Shown: positions 20,062 through 27,793 of the stretch, in pieces
Position numbering within the stretch: the stretch's first letter is position 1
Layout of the letters: each line of letters starts with the position of its first letter
From: an uncultured Planctomycetia bacterium
GTDB taxonomy: Bacteria; Omnitrophota; Gorgyraeia; Duberdicusellales; 4484-171
Direction: 5' to 3'
Assembly: GCA_964489445.1 (NCBI GenBank)
Contig: CAZAYU010000006.1
Span: 53,518 to 117,517 of the forward strand
Length of the DNA stretch: 64,000 bases
Program-made: the position numbers and the translations under genes
Notes under the pieces: generated by a model
What the model was told of the DNA's origin: nothing
Databases searched by the model: none
What the model saw: the letters and a program-made list of their open reading frames with translations, nothing else

Positions 20062-21202
20062 AGTTCTCTATGATTTTTCGATATTCCTGTAATGCTTTTA
20101 TGGCCTTTTTAATTATTTTACTTTTATTACATCCGGAATCAGCATCCATTTTGGAGAAAAAAGTACTTATAATTTTTCCCAGAGAATCAGATTCAGGGTT
20201 AGCCCAACACGTTTGCAAACATGGTTTTTGGCAAATCTTCATTAGCGCTCTTGCTTTATCAGCCTCTTCTGTATGCAAACAGAAATCCAACCCTGCCTCA
20301 GCAATGTTACCAAAAGAAGATCCACAACTTCTTACCTCTCCGTCCGGACCAATATTAATAAACACAAAAGGATTACACTTCCACATATCACAACTTAAAG
20401 ATCCTTTAAAGTAATCTACCCATAAGTATGGATCATGCAAAAAAACTACTAAACCATTAGCCATCTGATAGCCAACAATCTTGCCTATCTGTTCCTTTAA
20501 TTTATCGATACCGCTGCCCGTAATCCAGAATGGAGCATCGGCAGAAGTGTTTTGCATGTCATTTTGAGCAACAATTACCGGATGATAAACCAAACACTCA
20601 ACACCTAGCTCTTTTACAATATCAATAATATTAAAAAGCTCCGATACATTTTCCTTCATTATGGTCGTCCATACTGAAATCTGCGGACCACTACCGATTT
20701 GCCTTTTAGCATCCACTAAATTGCTTATTGCCTTTAATGCATTATTAAAACTTCCTTTTTCCCGAATAAAATCATGAGTAAATTCTGTTGCACCATCCAA
20801 GGAAATAGCTATATTCTTTAGCCCCGAATTTACTATTCGCTTGGCTAGCGCCTTATCAATTAATGAACCATTGGAAACTATTTCTATTTTTACTTTATTC
20901 ATTACAGCATGATCGATTATCGAAAATATATCTCTTCTTAAAAAAGGTTCTCCACCTGTAAGAGTTACAACTGTATCCCATCCCCAACCAGCAATATTTT
21001 CCAACGCAGCATTAACCGTTGATTGAGGTAATTCCTGCCCCTTCAATATTTTAACAACACCACACATTTTGCAGCTATATGTGCATTTATGGCTTAAGCT
21101 AACATATACCCAGCACGGTTTAGCAAACGGATAATTTAACACTTCTGAAAAGTAATAGGCTAAATTAGCTTCAAATTGACGTAAATAACTCGAATTGGTC
21201 AT
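20054..21202 (-). CDS. radical SAM/twitch protein (CKMC subfamily)
   Basis: CTYSCKMC, TGGEPF, ISLDG, C...GEVRSC, CQKPCLQTC. Confidence 0.92.
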   Translation of the reverse strand: MTNSSYLRQFEANLAYYFSEVLNYPFAKPCWVYVSLSHKCTYSCKMCGVVKILKGQELPQSTVNAALENIAGWGWDTVVTLTGGEPFLRRDIFSIIDHAVMNKVKIEIVSNGSLIDKALAKRIVNSGLKNIAISLDGATEFTHDFIREKGSFNNALKAISNLVDAKRQIGSGPQISVWTTIMKENVSELFNIIDIVKELGVECLVYHPVIVAQNDMQNTSADAPFWITGSGIDKLKEQIGKIVGYQMANGLVVFLHDPYLWVDYFKGSLSCDMWKCNPFVFINIGPDGEVRSCGSSFGNIAEAGLDFCLHTEEADKARALMKICQKPCLQTCWANPESDSLGKIISTFFSKMDADSGCNKSKIIKKAIKALQEYRKIIENYA

Positions 21203-22297
21203 TTATTTTTTAATACAGTTAAAATTTTTTAAAAAACACAAAGTATCATTTAAAACATCTGACGGAAAATATACACAATCCTGCAAACAATGTTCCTTGC
21301 ATTTTCTAGCCTTTATCCGCATTTTCGCAGCAGAAATTGAATACCAAATTGATTTGAGACTTTTTTCTTTTAAATCACCATAAATACCCGAACAACTCCA
21401 AAGTTTCCCATCAGAAGTAATCACTATCCGTTTAATACCCTCATAGCACTTAAAAGAAGACTGGGGGCGCTTGCCTCTAAAATAAGCAGGCAAGGATTTC
21501 AATATGGCATCATCCGTATATACACAAGGATTACTATCGGTATGCTTAATCCTAATTATTTTTGGTATAATTTCTTCAAGCTGGCCAATCATTTCTAGTG
21601 ATGGCCAAAGAGGGCTATTCACTTTCTCGTACATTTTTGTATTGCTAAAAAGTAAAGGCTGAAAAACAATGATATTACATTTCTTTAATCGAGCAAACTC
21701 AACCATCGGAAGCATATCGCCAATATTACTGTTCATTATTGTAAAATTTATGCCTAATGAAGGAAAATATGAATTTTTCTTGGCTTTATAATAATTTAAT
21801 TTATCAATATTTCTTTCAGCACAAGCAAACATTCCTTCACTACGAATAAAATCATTGCACTCTTTAAGTCCATCTAAAGAAACAGTAATATGGCTTAAAG
21901 GAATTTTAATTAACCGCTGGATAATATCATCACTAAGTAGCACTCCATTAGTAATAATATCTACCATTTTAATGCCGCTGCTCTTGGCAAACTCCACCAT
22001 ATCCAATAATTTACTTTTTAAGAATGGTTCTCCGCCAGAAAAAATAAGATGCCGAACGCCTAATTGTTTTATCTGAAGAATAATATCCTTCACCTCCGCA
22101 AACGTAAGCTCATGCTCACATTCCCTATCTTCCGGATCTTTAGAAATATCACACATTTTACAATTTAAGTTGCAGCGATTGGTTAAAGAAAAATAAACAT
22201 GTTCAGGGGGAACTAGCGGAAAAGAAAGCAAACGACTAAAAGAAAATCCTATTTTTTCCTGAAGAGTAATCCACTCTTCCTTTGAATTATTTACCAT
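21203..22297 (-). CDS. radical SAM/twitch protein (CKMC subfamily)
   Basis: CNLNCKMC, SGGEPF, VSLDG, FQP, CYEG, CKEHCLQDC. Confidence 0.92.
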   Translation of the reverse strand: MVNNSKEEWITLQEKIGFSFSRLLSFPLVPPEHVYFSLTNRCNLNCKMCDISKDPEDRECEHELTFAEVKDIILQIKQLGVRHLIFSGGEPFLKSKLLDMVEFAKSSGIKMVDIITNGVLLSDDIIQRLIKIPLSHITVSLDGLKECNDFIRSEGMFACAERNIDKLNYYKAKKNSYFPSLGINFTIMNSNIGDMLPMVEFARLKKCNIIVFQPLLFSNTKMYEKVNSPLWPSLEMIGQLEEIIPKIIRIKHTDSNPCVYTDDAILKSLPAYFRGKRPQSSFKCYEGIKRIVITSDGKLWSCSGIYGDLKEKSLKSIWYSISAAKMRIKARKCKEHCLQDCVYFPSDVLNDTLCFLKNFNCIKK

Positions 22298-23330
22298 AGC
22301 TTTTAATTATTTTTACCAAATTTTCTGATTCTTGCCGAGAGTAACAACTTTGTAAACAGAAATTTTTACACTTTTCTGAATGTAACCTTAGCCTCCAAGC
22401 TGCTTTTGATTTCCAGGCTTTTTTTAGAGCAATTTCGTTGAGGTTTCCACAAACCCCATGACAAGAATAAACCAACGGTTGGCGCCTATTATAACATATA
22501 AATACAGTTTTAAAACCACCAAAGCAAACCCAATCTCTTTCCAAAACCTCTTGCTGATAATACTTGACCAACAATTTGAGCGATGGTTCTTCATAAACAG
22601 TAATATGAACAGGTTTGTATTCTTCTATTTTTAAAATTTCTTGTTTTAAGCAGTCAATGTTCTCCTTCTTCACCCAAAATTCAGGCAATTGTTTATTCAT
22701 GAAATTTGCGTTATCATTAATCAACGGCTGAAAATTAATAGAATCAACTCCTAGCTCATCAGCAAAACGCACCAAGTCAAATAATTCATTGATGTTATTA
22801 TCCATAACAGTACAAGCAATACCTATAGAAAAACAACTTACTTTCTTTTTCAAACAATTAATCCGTTTAATGTTTTTTACTATTTTTTTAAATACTCCCT
22901 CTCCGCGAAAAAAATCATTAGTTTTTTCTAATCCGTCAAGAGAAACGTGAATATGCCCGGCTTTAGCTCCAATTAAAGCGTCAACTGTCCTCTCATCAAG
23001 CAATAGACCATTAGTGGTAACAATACTTTGTAGCCTGTTCTTGTCAGCATAACGACAAAGTTCGTAAATATCTTTGCGTAACAAAGGCTCTCCGCCAGTA
23101 AATAACACTTTTTTTATTCCGTACGCTTTTGCCTCGTCGATAATATGAAAAATCTGGACAGTAGACAGCTCTTCTTCTTGAGGTAATAAATTAACAATAC
23201 TGCACATTTTACAATTTAAATTGCACCGATAAGTAAGTGAAATCTGAATAACTTCCGGAGAGACTAAGGGGTAATTAATTTTCCGAGAAAGCCAAAATAA
23301 AATATTTTTTATTAAATGTGCCCTATTCAT
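22287..23330 (-). CDS. radical SAM/twitch protein (CKMC subfamily)
   Basis: CNLNCKMC, TGGEPL, VSLDG, FQP, CFGG, CKNFCLQSC. Confidence 0.92.
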   Translation of the reverse strand: MNRAHLIKNILFWLSRKINYPLVSPEVIQISLTYRCNLNCKMCSIVNLLPQEEELSTVQIFHIIDEAKAYGIKKVLFTGGEPLLRKDIYELCRYADKNRLQSIVTTNGLLLDERTVDALIGAKAGHIHVSLDGLEKTNDFFRGEGVFKKIVKNIKRINCLKKKVSCFSIGIACTVMDNNINELFDLVRFADELGVDSINFQPLINDNANFMNKQLPEFWVKKENIDCLKQEILKIEEYKPVHITVYEEPSLKLLVKYYQQEVLERDWVCFGGFKTVFICYNRRQPLVYSCHGVCGNLNEIALKKAWKSKAAWRLRLHSEKCKNFCLQSCYSRQESENLVKIIKSYGK

Positions 23331-23349
23331 TTATTTTTAATATATTTTT

Positions 23350-23853
23350 TTAAATAAGACAATTACCAAAACCACGCGCTTCACCGTCATAGCGATTCTC
23401 TAGTACTGAAGAATAGTTTTCATTAAAACATCCAATTATCTTAGAATCAATACCGGGACCATCAAAAAATACAGTAAAAAAAGATTCTGGATTTTCCATA
23501 TAAAATATCTCCCGAACCTTATCTATATTCTCAACTGTGTAAATAGTGAATATTTTTTTGGTAAAAAAATAAACCGGAATAAGCGAAAGAGCGCTAAAAA
23601 ATACCGGTAATAACCGTAAAATAAAATCGGATTTCTTCGCAACCACCATCCAATAATGTAAAACAAAAATAAACAACGGCTGGTGGTCAAAAGACCCTAG
23701 ATTGTGGATAATGCCCTTTAAATTTTTCTGGGCAATTTCAATGAATGCCAAATCATACACCCCAAGGCTACCTCTAGTTGCGAAAAACAAACGTAACCCA
23801 AAAGCTAAAGCCATAATACTTGTAAAAATAAGCGCTACTTTGTTATTCCTCAT
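23350..23853 (-). pseudogene. internally deleted GT-C (ArnT/PMT_2-like) glycosyltransferase remnant
   Basis: The first ~100 aa match the GT-C N-terminus (AFGLRL...SL..YD, DHQPLF..LHYW, LRLLPVFFSALSL.PVY), then jump to a short soluble tail. The central TM core is missing. Confidence 0.6.
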
Positions 23854-25537
23854 CTTTTAAATCTGGTAAACAGATAATATCTTTATAATATAAAATCTCT
23901 TGCTTCTCGGAAATATTCTCTGCTTCATGAATATTCTTCCAAGCATTTTGCGAATCACCCAAAGCATCATAAACCAAAGCCTTTCCAATATACAGCCGAT
24001 AATCTTGAGGATCTTCATCAAGATTAATTGATTTATTAAAGTACTCTAAAGACTCAGGATACATTCCTAATCGACGATATGTTTCTCCTATATAATAAAA
24101 AACCAAAGACCAATTAAAATCAACTAAATACCCTCCCAACCAATCATCATTTAATAAATTATTTTCCGTACGCTCTCTGATATTTTGGATATTCCAAAGC
24201 GCATCAGGATTCATTAAATAAACTGTTTCAAAATATTCTACCGCCCGTTCTAATATTCCACCTGGTAAACGTAAGGATTCAAAAGCCGCCCGCTTGATTG
24301 CTCCCTCTATCTCATCGCTTCGAGTCCCTCGCTTTTCTAGTGAAGGAAAATCGGAAACTACTATTGAAAAATCAGCTTGCTCATCGCTGATGTTAGCTAC
24401 TTTACTTTTTAAAAAAGTTTGAATAATAACCTTAACCGCTAAATAGTTGCACTCCCGATACCAATGGCAATTATCACTAAACTGCTCTCGGCCCAAAAGC
24501 CCCTCACTAGCCTGGCTGATGAACTCCTTCTCGATATCTGCCAGCAACACCGACTCTTCATCACAAACAGAACGAACAATCTTATTACTTTCAATACTTG
24601 CCCGGCCACTTCCGAATGACAAATCCAATGCTTTATGATAACACACCCTAGCTTTATCGTATTCTGCTAACTGTCTGTAGCAATTCGCTAATAGATATAA
24701 TCCAAAAGTATTTTCCGGATTGTTGTCCAAAAAACTATTTATAGCCCCAATCGCACCTTTATAACCTTTCTGATCAAATAAATAATGGGCTAAAAGATAC
24801 TCCTTATCTACTGGTCTTATTCCAAACGGCGCACAATCTGCAAAATTAACCGGCAAGGTACACAAAATCACCGGTATCTTTTTGTTCTTCGCTGCTTGCG
24901 TAATTAAGTGTAAATTTTTTTCATAGTCTACTAACCTTTGTTTTCTGCTGCGATATTGAGAACCGGATTCTCCAGTAAATTTAAGAAATTGTTCTTGCAA
25001 CTTCTGATAGACCCAAGATTTTTTAAATATTTTATCAAGCCGATACTTTAAAACATCAACTTTAACTACATTGTAGAATTCATTATTGCCAGAAAATACA
25101 ATAATTAAATCCGGATTGTAAGCTAATATTTCTTTTTCTACTAAATAAGCTCTATAACTATCATATGCTCCCATTGCACAAGGAACAACCTTGATATCTC
25201 CATCGGGAAGTATTCTCTTAAGCTCATTTTTAAAAAAAGGATTTCCTCCGAAATTGTGTCCGACTGAACCACCAATAATAAAAATTCGTAACTCATTCAG
25301 CGGCTTATCCATCAGAAATTCTTCAGAATTATTAAACGCCCTCTGTGGTACATAAAAAATTCCTTCTTTTCTACGCTCTTTTTTAAAAAAATCCTTATAA
25401 ATATCTATGTATTGGTATTGGAATTGGGGTAGATCCTTGTTAGATGGTGCAACACCATAACGAATAATCATTACACATTCAAAAAATACCAAAACCAGAA
25501 TTACGATAGCCATAAAAATAACTATAAATTTTTTCAT
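23843..25537 (-). CDS. membrane-anchored SGNH/GDSL-fold protein with TPR repeats
   Basis: N-terminal TM, IFIIGGS (block I), PDLIIVFSGNNEF (block III), DNCH (block V), TPR-like YLLANCYRQL and YYIGETYRRLG. Confidence 0.8.
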   Translation of the reverse strand: MKKFIVIFMAIVILVLVFFECVMIIRYGVAPSNKDLPQFQYQYIDIYKDFFKKERRKEGIFYVPQRAFNNSEEFLMDKPLNELRIFIIGGSVGHNFGGNPFFKNELKRILPDGDIKVVPCAMGAYDSYRAYLVEKEILAYNPDLIIVFSGNNEFYNVVKVDVLKYRLDKIFKKSWVYQKLQEQFLKFTGESGSQYRSRKQRLVDYEKNLHLITQAAKNKKIPVILCTLPVNFADCAPFGIRPVDKEYLLAHYLFDQKGYKGAIGAINSFLDNNPENTFGLYLLANCYRQLAEYDKARVCYHKALDLSFGSGRASIESNKIVRSVCDEESVLLADIEKEFISQASEGLLGREQFSDNCHWYRECNYLAVKVIIQTFLKSKVANISDEQADFSIVVSDFPSLEKRGTRSDEIEGAIKRAAFESLRLPGGILERAVEYFETVYLMNPDALWNIQNIRERTENNLLNDDWLGGYLVDFNWSLVFYYIGETYRRLGMYPESLEYFNKSINLDEDPQDYRLYIGKALVYDALGDSQNAWKNIHEAENISEKQEILYYKDIICLPDLKDEE

Positions 25538-26937
25538 TTTTGAAATGTCTTATGCGCGGGCACATCTCCAAGCGCAGAGATCAATTCGATAAACTTTTCG
25601 TAACGCTTTTTTCTAATTTCTGTTGTATGATTACCGTTCTGAGAGTGCCAATTCCTTTGATCGTCGGCAACAATTCCAAATCTTTGCTTATGTCTGAATA
25701 ATAAACTAGAAGATTTAAGGATAAAGGAATTAACCATTATATTATTCTTGAGATACATCATATTTTCAGACACAAACTCAAGCGTCTGGTTAAAATCTTT
25801 TTCCGTCTCTGTAGGAAAACCGACAATCCAATTAGTACAAACAGCAATTCCCGCTCGATATGTATCCTTTATTATTTTTTTTGCTTCTTCAATCATAAAG
25901 TTTTTATTCATTTGGCGTAAAACACGAGGTGAAGCACTTTCAATGCCATAATTCAAATAACAACAACCAGATTGTTTCATCTTCCTAAACAACTTATAAT
26001 CCATTTGCTTATCTACCGTAGCGCTAGCTCCCCACGAAATATTAATATTTTCTTTTATCAACAGATCACACAAACCTGACAATTGACTAAGATTTCCATT
26101 AATTAACAAATCATTAAACTCTAAAAATTCAATACCATTGTCTTTACGTAATCTTATTTCCGCTAAAATATTTTTTGCACTCCTATATCTATAACGCCTC
26201 CACATAAGAGTATCATCACAAAATACACACCTATTTACGCACCCTCTGCTTCCTAGAATAGGTAGTCTGTCTTTAAATTTATACTTTTCAGGGAAATCGT
26301 TAAATTCCGGGAAAGGTATTGAGTCGATATCTTCTATTAGTCTCCTTTCTCCATTATTAAACATCCGATTGTTTTCTCTAATAATAGTTCCTGGGCAACC
26401 TATAAGCGAATTCTTGCTTTCAATGCGTTGCACCACATCAATAATAGTTGATTCTCCTTCCCCAAGCACAACAACATCGATAGTTTTAACGCCCAAAAGG
26501 TTCTCTATTCCCAGCAAATAATATGAATGATCCAAGCTATAGCTTAAGTGCAAGGGCCCGCCAAAAACAATCTTTTGCTCCGGACATATACTCTTTATTT
26601 CACCAGCTAAACTAATACTTGCTGTCAAAGAAGAGCTTTGCACTGAAAAACCAATTAAATCTGGATTACTACTTAATATTCTTTGCGCCCATTTTTTAAA
26701 ATAACAACTAGGAAGTATTTTTTGCTTAATAATATGATTGTTTTCCATCCATTCAAAAACATACTGAAACTCCCAAAATTTTTTGTCCTCTTCTTTTGTT
26801 CTCGAATACAACTCTACGTTCAAATCAAAAACTGTAGCTTGGTGTTTATATCTTCTTAAAAACGCAACCAGATAAGCCAAACCTAAAGGAGGCCGATCAA
26901 TTCCAAAAGCCGGACATTGTACAAGAGTAATTTTCAT
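25534..26937 (-). CDS. B12-binding radical SAM protein
   Basis: MKITLVQCP...PPLGLAYL, GEGE, SRGCVNRCVFC, GIES, WIVGFPTET. Start moved from 26988 to ATG 26937 by comparison with paralogs. Confidence 0.9.
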   Translation of the reverse strand: MKITLVQCPAFGIDRPPLGLAYLVAFLRRYKHQATVFDLNVELYSRTKEEDKKFWEFQYVFEWMENNHIIKQKILPSCYFKKWAQRILSSNPDLIGFSVQSSSLTASISLAGEIKSICPEQKIVFGGPLHLSYSLDHSYYLLGIENLLGVKTIDVVVLGEGESTIIDVVQRIESKNSLIGCPGTIIRENNRMFNNGERRLIEDIDSIPFPEFNDFPEKYKFKDRLPILGSRGCVNRCVFCDDTLMWRRYRYRSAKNILAEIRLRKDNGIEFLEFNDLLINGNLSQLSGLCDLLIKENINISWGASATVDKQMDYKLFRKMKQSGCCYLNYGIESASPRVLRQMNKNFMIEEAKKIIKDTYRAGIAVCTNWIVGFPTETEKDFNQTLEFVSENMMYLKNNIMVNSFILKSSSLLFRHKQRFGIVADDQRNWHSQNGNHTTEIRKKRYEKFIELISALGDVPAHKTFQK

Positions 26938-27019
26938 TTTAATACTAACAGCTAATAAGATAGCTTTTATGAGACTATTTACTGTCAAAAATGTTTTCTA
27001 TAAACATTTTAGTAATACC

Positions 27020-27754
27020 CTACCTAGACTCAACAATTTCTTGAGATAAGTTCCGTAGCAGCACTTTAACGTGCTCAAGGCGAATGTTAATGTCCTCATT
27101 TAGCTGTTTTAACCCATTATTATTAAGAACTATTTCGCTGTTAACATTATCTAGTGTAAAAGATACACTCCTTCTCTGGGCTGCTGAATCTTCGCTTGCT
27201 GAAGACAATAAGCTACTTAATGATTGAACCGAATTATCAAGTCTATCTATCTCTTGTTTTACATTTAAAGAAGAAAGAGATTCGGGTAATAGCTGTAAGG
27301 TTTCATTAATTTTTTCAAATGCTGAAGACAGTAAGCTACTTAATGATTGAACCGAATTATCAATTTTTTCAAATTTATCTTTTAAAGTACAATCAATACG
27401 CTCTTCAAAAACATCTATCTTGGCTAGCACCTGTCTCATCTCCAAAGATAAACCACTGCTTAAAGAGTTTATCGAGTTATTCATTCCGCTTAGCTCTTTT
27501 GAAATAGCCAATATTTGAGAATAAAGGAATGAAGAAATATTAAAAAATATTTGGGATATATTTCCAAGCACCCTAACAATTGTTCCCAAAAGAATGCTTA
27601 CTAGAACAACCATCAACCCACTAAAAAATAATTTTGGATTAGTAAATCTAGCAAGCATCAAGTAACTGCCTCCTAAAAAGCCAAAGACCACAATCAGCCA
27701 AGAAAGAACCATCAAAATAACAGTGGTGGGAATATTTTTTGTCTTCACAACCAT
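27020..27754 (-). CDS. membrane-anchored (2 TM) coiled-coil protein, paralog of 16389..17495
   Basis: AGGAGG SD before ATG 27754; two TM helices; RVLGNISQIFFNI motif; heptad-rich tail with repeated DNSVQSLSSLLSSA. Confidence 0.75.
   Translation of the reverse strand: MVVKTKNIPTTVILMVLSWLIVVFGFLGGSYLMLARFTNPKLFFSGLMVVLVSILLGTIVRVLGNISQIFFNISSFLYSQILAISKELSGMNNSINSLSSGLSLEMRQVLAKIDVFEERIDCTLKDKFEKIDNSVQSLSSLLSSAFEKINETLQLLPESLSSLNVKQEIDRLDNSVQSLSSLLSSASEDSAAQRRSVSFTLDNVNSEIVLNNNGLKQLNEDINIRLEHVKVLLRNLSQEIVESR
27197..27363. repeat. 44-bp direct repeat pair (27197-27240, 27320-27363), 123-bp spacing, 1 mismatch
   Basis: tgctgaagacaRtaagctacttaatgattgaaccgaattatcaa occurs twice. Confidence 0.9.
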
Positions 27755-27793
27755 AGCATAACCTCCTTCTTTATTACATTTTTTTGTTGCCAA

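Noticed and set aside
18835-23330. Heme d1/Ahb or PQQ/mycofactocin cofactor biosynthesis
   Set aside because: No Lrp-like NirDLGH/AhbAB, siroheme synthase, pqq or mftA/B genes are nearby.
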